A stretch of 64,000 nt of DNA from positions 1 to 64,000 of IMG/VR virus record IMGVR_UViG_3300045135_000252. One strand, given 5' to 3'. The notes beneath the pieces were generated by a model. The model was not told the origin of the DNA. It was given only the letters and a program-made list of their open reading frames with translations, and searched no databases. This document shows, one piece after another, positions 49,534-58,113 of the stretch. A program made the position numbers and the translations under genes. This DNA comes from a virus. Numbering within the stretch: position 1 is the first letter of the stretch; each line of letters opens with the position of its first letter.

Positions 49534-50401
49534 TGTCTTCCTCCAAGCTGACGTAATAATGTGTTTCGGTTTCGCGGTAGCCCACGTTAATTAGGGTTTG
49601 CCCATTCTCTATGAGCTTCAACATACCGACCCTGCGTTTTAGCAAGTCGGGTAGTGTAGCATTTTCGTACGTGTAGAATTGGCCGTCGTCTGTTTCCACG
49701 GCATACGTGTTCCCATGAATTAGAACAACCGCCCCTTTCTTTTCTTTCTCGCATTTCTCAATGCTCCTCTTAATCTCGCTATCCTCGTAGGCTTCTCTTA
49801 GTCGCTGTGTTTGTTTGTAGCCATGCTCTTCAGCTATCCGCATATACTTTTCCAAGTCACTCATCAGATAGTCAGACAGGTGATGACAAAACTTCTGGAA
49901 GTGGTTGTGCCACTCACCAGACGCGCAATACGCATTAGTGCCCACGCTTCTACGTACTGTGCTACGTGCTTCGCTCATCAACTCCTTCAGGTCTTTCGGT
50001 CTGAAGTTCTTGAGGATTAGCTTCTTCGCTTTGTCTAGCTTCGTAGTCTTATCCGCGTTGCCACGCTCACGCTTACCCCATATGCGATGGTTGCTGATTG
50101 TGTAGCAGGGTTTGTGGCCGTAGTAGTCACGACCAATATCGCCAAGCTCTTCGCCATCACAATACACAACCCATCGGTGCGGGTAATACTTCTCGTCAGC
50201 ACACCCCGCATTGGTAGCACGTAGGTGATAGCCTCGGAACTCCCACTTAGGGAACTGCTTCGCTAATGGTAAGAGCAAGTCACCCATGAACTTATCCATG
50301 TGCAACTTGTCCATGATGTTGTTGTCAGCAAGTGTCTGATCGGACAGCATCAAGACCACGTTCGGGTACTCACTTAGAAATTGATGTTTGTTTTGCGACA
50401 T
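49520..50401 (-). CDS. Hypothetical early protein
   Basis: Start reassigned to MSQNK after GGAGGTAA. Confidence 0.7.
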   Translation of the reverse strand: MSQNKHQFLSEYPNVVLMLSDQTLADNNIMDKLHMDKFMGDLLLPLAKQFPKWEFRGYHLRATNAGCADEKYYPHRWVVYCDGEELGDIGRDYYGHKPCYTISNHRIWGKRERGNADKTTKLDKAKKLILKNFRPKDLKELMSEARSTVRRSVGTNAYCASGEWHNHFQKFCHHLSDYLMSDLEKYMRIAEEHGYKQTQRLREAYEDSEIKRSIEKCEKEKKGAVVLIHGNTYAVETDDGQFYTYENATLPDLLKRRVGMLKLIENGQTLINVGYRETETHYYVSLEEDNGAT

Positions 50402-50408
50402 ATTTACC

Positions 50409-51260
50409 TCACCACTCAAACTGACCTAGTACGCTATCCACTTTCGCTTTTAGCTCACCCCGGGCATACTCGGAGTCTTTGATTACATCTACGTCAGTAG
50501 CCATTAGTGCTACTTCCAGTTGGCGTCTCGCTGACTCTAAGTCTGGGTCATTGTTCACATTCAAGTGACTGAGCAGACCGCACAAGTCCTGCGCGTTGGT
50601 GATAAACGTATCGTGGAATCTGCGTTTCTTCTCATCTGGTGCATCAGTCAGCTTCTCGCTCATACCCTTGAGTGTCTTGTGCAACCGACCCCATGCGTCC
50701 TTCATCGCATCGTTGACCCGTGTACTGAAGTCAGCTTCGTACTGCTCGCGTAGCTCGTTGAGTTCTTCGCTTGCTACGTCAAGCACAAAGTGTCCAGAGT
50801 CAGGGACAGGGCTAAACGTGTAGCGGTAAGCAAACTTCTCGGCTACCTCCTCAACGTGTGGGTAATCGCTAGCGTTGAACAGCGAACCCAAGTAGTTCTG
50901 ACTGATCTGCACCAGTTGTGGATAATCTATTAGGAACTGCGAGACCATTGAATCGAACTTGGCCTTGCGATCATTAAGCTCCTGCTTGTAGTCCATGAAC
51001 ATACTCGTTGGTAGCATACGCGCACCAGAGTTTGCCCACGGTAACGTTTTAACGTTGTGCCATAAGCGACAACCTGCCGCGAAATCGGCAATCTCTTTCC
51101 GTTGGCTTGAACCTGCCATCAGATTCTTACGCACTTGGGCGGCTTTATCAGTGGCACAGTTTTGTGTAATCACTACGTCAGTAGCGTTCTTGTCCAGTTT
51201 GTTTGCAGTCCAAACTGAAATGTTATGCTCTACGAGCAATGCTCTTGCTGTAATACTCAT
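50409..51260 (-). CDS. DUF3150-like protein
   Basis: TLPW..GARMLP, YP..EV..KF motifs; helical; downstream of the vWA/AAA pair. Confidence 0.55.
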   Translation of the reverse strand: MSITARALLVEHNISVWTANKLDKNATDVVITQNCATDKAAQVRKNLMAGSSQRKEIADFAAGCRLWHNVKTLPWANSGARMLPTSMFMDYKQELNDRKAKFDSMVSQFLIDYPQLVQISQNYLGSLFNASDYPHVEEVAEKFAYRYTFSPVPDSGHFVLDVASEELNELREQYEADFSTRVNDAMKDAWGRLHKTLKGMSEKLTDAPDEKKRRFHDTFITNAQDLCGLLSHLNVNNDPDLESARRQLEVALMATDVDVIKDSEYARGELKAKVDSVLGQFEW

Positions 51261-51292
51261 TGGTAGTTACCTCTATTTAGTTATAAGTCTGA

Positions 51293-51496
51293 CTAACAAA
51301 TGTTAGTCTCATCGTTTTGGATTATTTTATGTCTGACCGCAATGCGATCCCCTAGGTCAACGACCTCTGCGCGTCCTTCGCCCACTTCAACAATGGAGTG
51401 AACAGCCCGACGCAATCTGCTTTTTGTTTTTACTAAAGCAGCTATAAACATGACGTTTGCCGATAGCGACAACGACAGTATGATTGCCATCTCCAT
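51293..51496 (-). CDS. Small membrane-anchored hypothetical protein
   Basis: N-terminal hydrophobic helix; stop codon lies inside the palindrome. Confidence 0.55.
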   Translation of the reverse strand: MEMAIILSLSLSANVMFIAALVKTKSRLRRAVHSIVEVGEGRAEVVDLGDRIAVRHKIIQNDETNIC

Positions 51497-51741
51497 CAGT
51501 TTTCCTCCGGTTTGCCCGCCAACTTCGCCATGTTGTATTGGCGATCTGTCAGCATCTTCATCTGAATTGGTTCGCCCAATTCGTCTTGGTTGTACACATG
51601 GTACGTAGTCACACGGTCATCTCCGTACCCTTTGCGCTTCTCCTCGTGAATCTCCGCGTCACGTATCGTGTCCCAGATAATCTGCGCTTGGTCGGCACTA
51701 AGCACGTATGACTTGTACCCAATCTCAAATAAGAATCTCAT
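51496..51741 (-). CDS. Hypothetical protein
   Basis: 81 aa, coupled to neighbours. Confidence 0.6.
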   Translation of the reverse strand: MRFLFEIGYKSYVLSADQAQIIWDTIRDAEIHEEKRKGYGDDRVTTYHVYNQDELGEPIQMKMLTDRQYNMAKLAGKPEEN

Positions 51742-52952
51742 TCTATTCCGTCCTTTATGTTTACTGACTTACCCACAGGCGCAGTATGATCTGATGTGAT
51801 AACCCACAAGATCGGCTTCGCCCACTCATTACCCCAGTTATGTATGTACCCATCGGTCAGCATGATGATGCAGTCGGGGTCAATGTTCTTGTCCTGCATA
51901 TAGCTGTGTACGCACGTAGGGTCAGTGCCCCCACCACCTCTCGGTTTGGTTGAGTCTTCTAGCGTAGTCAGAGTCGCAGAGTCGTACTCCTCGTGCCCCG
52001 CTACTTCGTGATCCCAGTAGATCAAGTCCACCTTCTCAGGGTTCACCGTCTCGGCTATCGCTTTGACTTCGGACAGGAACACGCTTATCTCGTGTTGCCC
52101 AATCGAACCTGATGTGTCTACGCCTACCACGATATGTCCAACACGTTCGCCAATGAGCGATGGCATATACATATCCATACTCAGATAGCGTCTGTTGATC
52201 CTTCGCCACGAGCTTGCGTCTTTCGCATTACAGGTAGCGTTGACAAACTCACGCAGTACCTCGCGCCAGTCCACCTGTGGTTCTAGCAAGTCACCAAGTT
52301 CACGGCACATATTGCCCGCGCCTTTACCCGCTAGTTTCTGTGCAGTCATCTGGCCTTGGCGTAGTGCTTGGTCAACCTCGCGCTCTAGCTCTTTGACTTC
52401 CTCTTGGGTTAGCTCTTGCGCTCCTTCCCAGTCATGCTCGTCAAAGCCACCGCCTTCACCATCTTGTCCCTGCCCGCCGGAACCACTACCTTCCTGTTGC
52501 TCCTGCTTCAGTAGGTCGAAGACTTGTTTAGTGTTAAGACCTTTGTACTTTGTATCCAACAGCCCGTAGATTTCACCGTCTTTGCGTGGTATCGCAATGG
52601 TCTGCTCGTTCGGGTCTGTGTTGTGCAGTATCAGGTTAATCACGTAGTCACAAGCCATGTTCGCTAGACGGGCGTCCTCGTCATGTAACTTCTTCCAGAT
52701 AATCAAGTGACGAAACGCTTTGTGCAGATTCTCGTGTAGCACAACAAACATAAGCTCCTTGTCGGTTAGCCCGTCAACAAACTCAGTGCCGTATATCTCG
52801 TCACGCCCATTGGTCGCGGCAGTTGGGAAGCCATCACGTACTTCGGTCTTGCCAACCATCATGATGCCAGACCACAACGCAAACTCAGGTTTCCGCATCA
52901 GTGTGATCTTGGCCTTCTTGACCCGTCTTTCAATTTTCGATCTGTCTAACAT
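51738..52952 (-). CDS. DUF2201-like metallopeptidase-vWA protein
   Basis: TAATNG, HENLH (HExxH), MIDAS DTSGS, GGGTD, LTDG. Confidence 0.85.
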   Translation of the reverse strand: MLDRSKIERRVKKAKITLMRKPEFALWSGIMMVGKTEVRDGFPTAATNGRDEIYGTEFVDGLTDKELMFVVLHENLHKAFRHLIIWKKLHDEDARLANMACDYVINLILHNTDPNEQTIAIPRKDGEIYGLLDTKYKGLNTKQVFDLLKQEQQEGSGSGGQGQDGEGGGFDEHDWEGAQELTQEEVKELEREVDQALRQGQMTAQKLAGKGAGNMCRELGDLLEPQVDWREVLREFVNATCNAKDASSWRRINRRYLSMDMYMPSLIGERVGHIVVGVDTSGSIGQHEISVFLSEVKAIAETVNPEKVDLIYWDHEVAGHEEYDSATLTTLEDSTKPRGGGGTDPTCVHSYMQDKNIDPDCIIMLTDGYIHNWGNEWAKPILWVITSDHTAPVGKSVNIKDGIE

Positions 52953-53071
52953 TTGTTAGTCCTACCTCTTGGTTTTTGCTTACCTTTGAGCCAACACTTG
53001 GCACACATCGCGCCATAGTTGTCTCGCACTACGGGCTTATCCCCGCACCACTTGCACTTATCTTCGCTCAC
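52946..53071 (-). CDS. Small zinc-finger peptide (41 aa, not in ORF track)
   Basis: CKWC...CAKC; GTGA-coupled to the ATPase; stop codon inside the palindrome. Confidence 0.5.
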   Translation of the reverse strand: MSEDKCKWCGDKPVVRDNYGAMCAKCWLKGKQKPRGRTNKC

Positions 53072-54132
53072 AGTAAGTCCTCGTTCTTCTGTACCCAGTC
53101 AGCAAACGCTGATGAACTGAACGCCACTGATTGTTTTTGTGGATTCTTCGCTATGTTGATGCAGAAGCACGCTTGCCACTCAGGTTCAAACCGTCCCAGA
53201 TACTCCATGAACGGTGAGATGTTCTGCTTATCAATCTTGGTAATCGCACCGAACACCAGTACAGCACAAGCACCTGCGCTAGTAGGTACATCAGCCGTCT
53301 TGGGTGACTTGGTGATCGACTCCCACGTTGGTAGCTGATCCTGATACTCGACATAGGCTTGCATATCTCGCGCACCTGCTTCGCCAATAGCACCAGTCAA
53401 AGCGGCAATCAGCGACTCTTGGTCTATACGATCCCGTCCTTTCAGTACGTGCGAGGCTCGCTCCAAGGAACGAGGCGATACAAACGCTGTCTGTACTTTC
53501 TTAGGGTTAAAGATGTACGGGTTATTCTCTTGCCCCTCGTCAGTGTATGACGCTAGTGCGTGTGGGAACTGATGCACCCACGACATGACGACAGGCTCAA
53601 TGTCATTGTTGACCGCCCACTCAAGCCACTCCTCAGAGCTAGGCTTTCTAACGTGTAGCGGAATAATACGGTTGCGTGTATGCGCTTTAAGTACGTCACC
53701 AACCCCATCACTTGAGAGGTTGCCGGTCAAAAAGATAATTGACTCTGGGTGTACTGACGTATCACCAAGGCGCGGGTTAGATGACTCGAGCAGCGGGTGC
53801 AACATATTCTTCACCGGCTCGGGAGCTTTCGTAAACTCGTCAAGCATCATCAGCACAGGCTTACCCGTGTGCATACCGAACCGCCCATTAGGGAAGTATT
53901 CGGTTATACCTAACTCACGATTTGCAATCGGCATAGCGATGTCGCCAAGATCCAACTGCGAGCAGTCCATGTAAGACTTGAAATGCTCAGGCTTGCTGTC
54001 TCCGATCAGCTTCATGATGGACGACTTACCGATCCCCGGCTCACCCTGTAAGAAGTATCTTAGCTCTGGTGAAAGAGTGATAAGCGTTGCCGCTTGCTTC
54101 AAAGAAACAGATGTTCCGAATGTAATAGACAT
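53068..54132 (-). CDS. MoxR-like AAA+ ATPase
   Basis: GEPGIGKS, MLDEF, TGN, NR, SPRS; start reassigned to MSITF. Confidence 0.85.
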   Translation of the reverse strand: MSITFGTSVSLKQAATLITLSPELRYFLQGEPGIGKSSIMKLIGDSKPEHFKSYMDCSQLDLGDIAMPIANRELGITEYFPNGRFGMHTGKPVLMMLDEFTKAPEPVKNMLHPLLESSNPRLGDTSVHPESIIFLTGNLSSDGVGDVLKAHTRNRIIPLHVRKPSSEEWLEWAVNNDIEPVVMSWVHQFPHALASYTDEGQENNPYIFNPKKVQTAFVSPRSLERASHVLKGRDRIDQESLIAALTGAIGEAGARDMQAYVEYQDQLPTWESITKSPKTADVPTSAGACAVLVFGAITKIDKQNISPFMEYLGRFEPEWQACFCINIAKNPQKQSVAFSSSAFADWVQKNEDLL

Positions 54133-54228
54133 TTTAGTTACCTCTAATGTAATAGTTGTTAATGGTCTGGCTAACAAATGTTAGTGCGACCCCACTAGCG
54201 TATGTGTTCATTCCGCGCCAGTGTGTAT

Positions 54229-54257
54229 ATTGTACCACAATTATAGTCTTGTGTCAA
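54229..54257 (-). promoter_or_regulatory. Strong early sigma70 promoter
   Basis: TTGACA-17-TACAAT with TG extension. Confidence 0.8.
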
Positions 54258-54261
54258 GTTT

Positions 54262-55221
54262 CTAGCGAAAGAACTTCTCGTTCGCTGTGCTTGGTGTTTT
54301 GCCTCTAGGCACTTCCTTATCGTAGAAAACCTCCTCCCTGTGTAGCCGTAAGATAAAGTTATCAAACGCTTTCAGTGCTTGGTTAGGCGTACAGATCACG
54401 TTGTCGCTATGCCAACCACCGTTGTAACCACCGCACCATGCGGCCAATAGCCATAGCTTGTGAGACATAACGAGATCGCCCTCGTTCGCTAGACTCACCA
54501 TCTCCACAATGTCATCTTGCGAGCCAAGCCCAACGTCCAGACTCATCTTCGGCAACTTGCGTTGTATCTCCCAGTACGAACCGCCCCACTGTGGCTCTCG
54601 TGATACCTCCAGATCGAACAACTCAACGAACTCACTGAACGCATACAGTCCGTCATCGCGTAGCTTCGACATACCTTTGATGTAGTCATAGATGCGCTGA
54701 TACTTTTTACGCACCGTCTTGGCGACACCTCGGTTTACTGCTTTCTGCGTAAGCGTAGGCGGGTTCACGTATTGCAATTTGTAGTCCCGTTTGTATTGCG
54801 GGTAGTCATGATTCTTCACCCACTTCAGTATTGATGGCTTTTTGCGGAACCGCTCTAGTAACGGTAGCCACTCATTATCTAAGCACACCCACAAGTGATT
54901 CTTCTCTCGGCAGAACTGTACACCTAACAGGCTAGTCAGTTGCTCGTACACGCAGTTGTACAGATACGCCTGTATGTGTATCTCACCGTTCGGCTTCCAC
55001 TTCACAATGTAGTCATGCTCATTGTTTGGCTCACCGCTACTCGACCACCCCTCAAAGTACACAACGTCATCATTCGCTAGGCGTTTGATCTGCATATACT
55101 TGCGCGAGCGCAGGTGTATCGGCTTCTGGTTTGTGCCTCGGATAGGCACTACTTGCTCCTCGTGTGTTAGAGCCTTCATATAGGTATCTAACGTAGGAAA
55201 CATATTGCATTTAAACATCAT
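54262..55221 (-). CDS. Hypothetical early protein
   Basis: Start reassigned to MMFKC after GGAG. Confidence 0.7.
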   Translation of the reverse strand: MMFKCNMFPTLDTYMKALTHEEQVVPIRGTNQKPIHLRSRKYMQIKRLANDDVVYFEGWSSSGEPNNEHDYIVKWKPNGEIHIQAYLYNCVYEQLTSLLGVQFCREKNHLWVCLDNEWLPLLERFRKKPSILKWVKNHDYPQYKRDYKLQYVNPPTLTQKAVNRGVAKTVRKKYQRIYDYIKGMSKLRDDGLYAFSEFVELFDLEVSREPQWGGSYWEIQRKLPKMSLDVGLGSQDDIVEMVSLANEGDLVMSHKLWLLAAWCGGYNGGWHSDNVICTPNQALKAFDNFILRLHREEVFYDKEVPRGKTPSTANEKFFR

Positions 55222-55390
55222 CTTTCTCCACATTCCGTCCGGTGCTATGTACCACTGTGCCATTGTCGGTCTCCCTAACATTTGTTAGTCCTACCCTCTT
55301 GGCGCGAACAGCTTCGCGCTTTGCGAGGAACTCTTTTGCCTTCTGGCGATCAAGCACTAGGTTGTGCTTACTTCCTTTTGACTTGTGCAT
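55211..55390 (-). CDS. Small basic protein (59 aa, not in ORF track)
   Basis: MHKSKGSKHNLV...; contains a palindrome copy in frame (LTNVR). Confidence 0.45.
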   Translation of the reverse strand: MHKSKGSKHNLVLDRQKAKEFLAKREAVRAKRVGLTNVRETDNGTVVHSTGRNVEKDDV

Positions 55391-55541
55391 CAGCTTCCAT
55401 CTCCTTCTGCTTATCAGTCACAAAATTCACCGCGATACGATAGATGTGCCACGGTATCTCACTGTCTGGCTGTGTTGATTGGTCAATCACCCAATGACAC
55501 AACTCAAACAAATCCCCTAACTGCTTATCATCAACAGTCAT
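55368..55541 (-). CDS. Small hypothetical protein (57 aa, not in ORF track)
   Basis: MTVDDKQLGDLF...; TAATG coupling, AGGAG RBS. Confidence 0.55.
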   Translation of the reverse strand: MTVDDKQLGDLFELCHWVIDQSTQPDSEIPWHIYRIAVNFVTDKQKEMEADAQVKRK

Positions 55542-55756
55542 TACTTCTCTCCTCGCAACAGCTTCTGCGCTGTGTCCAGTTCTTTCTCAAGACGCAGTAT
55601 CCGGTCATCGCGTTGGCTTAGTGCCTTCTTCGCGTCCATCACAGAGCATTGCAACTGAAGTATGCACAACTCGCGTTCCCACGAGTCATACTGCTCCTTC
55701 GTCATTATCGCTAGCGCAATGTCTAGCTTGGTATCTGTTGGGATATCTTCACCCAT
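55541..55756 (-). CDS. Coiled-coil hypothetical protein
   Basis: 71 aa; GAGGAG RBS. Confidence 0.6.
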   Translation of the reverse strand: MGEDIPTDTKLDIALAIMTKEQYDSWERELCILQLQCSVMDAKKALSQRDDRILRLEKELDTAQKLLRGEK

Positions 55757-55901
55757 CGTTTGACTCCTCTATTTGTATGGCAACAAACCCATGAAAGTCG
55801 TATCCGTCTTCCGTGGCTTCAAAGACAAGAATCCAGTCCTTATCGCTGTATTTCTTACATACAGCGGATATCTCATCTGCCCACTTGTCTACTTCGCTCA
55901 T
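55749..55901 (-). CDS. Small acidic protein (50 aa, not in ORF track)
   Basis: MSEVDKWADEIS...; fills the gap. Confidence 0.5.
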   Translation of the reverse strand: MSEVDKWADEISAVCKKYSDKDWILVFEATEDGYDFHGFVAIQIEESNDG

Positions 55902-55902
55902 C

Positions 55903-56151
55903 TCACTCACGGTGAAAGCCTCCTTTGTTGTTGATGCCCTTCAGGTCTTCAAGGTTGGTGAAGAGCATATAGTTTGATTTGTGCATAGGAGCGATGGTTC
56001 GCACAGTATTCCTAGCTTGCTTGTCACCGCATACTAGGCAGGTTGTGTAGCCAAGCTCTACGCGCTTAGGGGGAAGTATGGTCTCGCCACACTCCCGACA
56101 CTCATGTACACCACAGAACCCTGCGGAGCAGTGTTCGCCTCTGACTAACAT
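55903..56151 (-). CDS. DksA/TraR-like C4 zinc-finger protein
   Basis: CRECGETI...R..LG..TCLVC; start codon inside the palindrome. Confidence 0.55.
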   Translation of the reverse strand: MLVRGEHCSAGFCGVHECRECGETILPPKRVELGYTTCLVCGDKQARNTVRTIAPMHKSNYMLFTNLEDLKGINNKGGFHRE

Positions 56152-56154
56152 TTG

Positions 56155-56391
56155 TTAGTTGCTCCTCTTATCGCTTCCGTCTGCATTGAAACCATGATGC
56201 TTGCGTATTGCTTGAGTCATCGGGTTGGTACTGCGGTAGCAGGTATAAGAGCCACGCTGTGGTGGGCGTTCAGTATGCAACTGCATCTGCATGAAGATGT
56301 ACTGCGCCATCAGGCGTGAGTGTTCGTTGCCATTCTTAACGTGCCATGCTCGCTGGCGGAGCAGACGTTGTGCATCACGTGATAAGGACAT
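56155..56391 (-). CDS. Hypothetical early protein
   Basis: 78 aa; GAGGTAACTA RBS. Confidence 0.6.
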   Translation of the reverse strand: MSLSRDAQRLLRQRAWHVKNGNEHSRLMAQYIFMQMQLHTERPPQRGSYTCYRSTNPMTQAIRKHHGFNADGSDKRSN

Positions 56392-56485
56392 AGTAGTTAC
56401 CTCGTATTGTTGTGTTTTTGCATACCGACTAACAAATGTTAGTCAGATGGGGTTTGAGTATGTACGCGCCTCGCCCCATTTATAT

Positions 56486-56514
56486 ATTGTACCACAAAGT
56501 AACTATTGTGTCAA
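56486..56514 (-). promoter_or_regulatory. Strong early sigma70 promoter
   Basis: TTGACA-17-TACAAT, near-copy of the 54229 promoter. Confidence 0.8.
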
Positions 56515-56519
56515 GTTTT

Positions 56520-56845
56520 CTGTTATGTATTGTTGTAAAGTTATAAAACACTACCCTATTGTTGTAAAAAAATACAACAATGCAAAATCCAGTAATGACG
56601 CGGTGTAGAGGTATGAAAATAGGTGTATTGTTGTATTGTTTCGTTTTTAAATAAATACATTTCCTCTGGGCAGTTTTGCTCTCTTTGCATCTGCATAAGT
56701 GCGTCCTATGGAATCCCTATATAAAGTGTTTTTAAAACGCAACTTTACAACAAAGCATACTTTACTTAAAAATCAATAACTTAGCGTATAACAATACAAA
56801 AACGGTTTTACAACAATACAACTTTGTACCACATTGTTGTGTTTT
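56520..56845. other. AT-rich non-coding region with TTGTTGTA/TACAACAA repeats and an IHF site (origin- or terminus-like)
   Basis: 14-bp inverted repeat 56526-56539/56807-56820; AATCAATAACTTA at 56771-56783 matches WATCAANNNNTTR. Confidence 0.55.
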
Positions 56846-57016
56846 AGGGGGTTTGACTAACAAATGTTAGGCTTAACACATTAAATGCAATTGGCTCTAC
56901 GCGGCTGCGAGAACTGTCATTCTGGCTAACATCGGTTAGGTGCGTAGGTACAAGGTGCGACCCATTCGGGCATAAGCTCAACGCGACTGTGAGAACTGTC
57001 ATCGCAGGGTCGGGAC

Positions 57017-57045
57017 AAAAAAAGGGCGACTCCGAAGAGCCGCCC
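57017..57045 (-). terminator. Intrinsic terminator
   Basis: 9-bp stem, cUUCGg loop, U7 tail. Confidence 0.85.
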
Positions 57046-57051
57046 ATGTGG

Positions 57052-57615
57052 TTATTTCTTTAAACCTAGCTTAACCAGATCCACTTTCTGTGGGTCGTGG
57101 CCAATCTTAAAGATTACTTGTGACAAGAGATCCTGTATCTCTGCTTGCCTTTTAGTTTGTGCTTCCATGCGAGCATATTCAGACCACCGTGGATGGAGTG
57201 ACACCAACAACCGTTCCTCTGGCGTTTTTTCCTTGCCACTGTTTGGTGCGCGAACGCCCTCGGCAAGCGCTCGCCCTGCGTTCTTAATCCTTGCCCAGTA
57301 AGTGGAAGGATTAGATAAATCCTTGCCGGTCTTGGCTTTAAATGCAGAGCGCAATGCCTTGTAGTAAGGACTCTGGAAGTTATTCCATAATCCTTTTTCC
57401 TCTTTATCAGTGGAGTCCTTGGCGTTCTTGACGTCGTACCACTTGAAGCCAGATGCCTTATCAACACAGCCAAAAAACTTATTCAGTTGTTCGGCAGTAT
57501 CGTCGTCGGACAGAGTTGATGAAATCGCAATTTCCGCGTTAGCGATCAATGCGTCCTGTACTGCTTTTGTAGTTGGCTTTTTAGAGACAGCCACAGTCTT
57601 TGAGATGTTTTCCAT
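57052..57615 (-). CDS. Early protein, paralogue 1
   Basis: MENISKTVAVSKK...NPSTYWARIK...HPRWSEYARME...GHDPQKVDL; AGGAG RBS. Confidence 0.75.
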   Translation of the reverse strand: MENISKTVAVSKKPTTKAVQDALIANAEIAISSTLSDDDTAEQLNKFFGCVDKASGFKWYDVKNAKDSTDKEEKGLWNNFQSPYYKALRSAFKAKTGKDLSNPSTYWARIKNAGRALAEGVRAPNSGKEKTPEERLLVSLHPRWSEYARMEAQTKRQAEIQDLLSQVIFKIGHDPQKVDLVKLGLKK

Positions 57616-57811
57616 TTTGGAAACTCCTATTGCAATAGTCAGAACCGGAGTGGCGCTGACGGTTATATAAGAACATATTGTGGTACAAAAAACAGAGTTA
57701 GAACCACAGAGACTAACAATCGTTAGGCAGACCACTGGCTCAACGCGACAAGTGGAACTATCATCAGTGGCTCAGCGCGACATGGAGAACTGTCATCACG
57801 GAGTGAGGACG

Positions 57812-57840
57812 AAAAAAAGGGCAGAGCCGAAGCCCTGCCC
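57812..57840 (-). terminator. Intrinsic terminator
   Basis: 9-bp stem, cUUCGg loop, U7 tail. Confidence 0.85.
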
Positions 57841-57846
57841 GAGTGG

Positions 57847-58065
57847 TTAAGAGTGAGAGTTAAGTGCTTGGCGTGTTCGATCAAGATCATCGTAGCACTG
57901 TTGAATTGCTTGAATCTTGATGTTGGCCGAGTCGATCAATGATTGATCGTGAGGTGTGTATGTTCGCAACGATGTTATGTCATGTAGTTCGTTGCGTAGT
58001 TTCTGAATCTCAAACTGAAGATCCACGATCTGAACAAGAAGGCGTATACCTTTTCCAATATCCAT
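57847..58065 (-). CDS. Coiled-coil early protein
   Basis: Start MDIGK after AGGAG. Confidence 0.6.
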   Translation of the reverse strand: MDIGKGIRLLVQIVDLQFEIQKLRNELHDITSLRTYTPHDQSLIDSANIKIQAIQQCYDDLDRTRQALNSHS

Positions 58066-58078
58066 AGTGTTGACTCCT

Positions 58079-58106
58079 AAAAAGAAGCCCCGCACTTGGC
58101 GGGGCT
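58079..58106 (-). terminator. Intrinsic terminator
   Basis: AGCCCCGC stem followed by TCTTTTT. Confidence 0.75.
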
Positions 58107-58113
58107 AGTGTGG

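Larger units (their letters stand above)
56893..57797. repeat. Four 29-bp imperfect direct repeats GGCTCAACGCGAC-nnn-GAGAACTGTCATC
   Basis: Copies at 56893-56921, 56975-57003, 57737-57765, 57769-57797. Confidence 0.85.

Noticed and set aside
54262-55281. ORF-track starts at 55281, 54177, 41803, 57735, 58095, 50419
   Set aside because: Upstream extensions lack an RBS or overlap regulatory repeats or other ORFs; downstream ATGs have clear SD motifs
56893-57797. CRISPR or TIGR-like guide array
   Set aside because: Only four copies, irregular spacing (53, about 730 and 3 bp), the inner sequence is conserved rather than variable, and no Cas or Nop-domain gene was recognised
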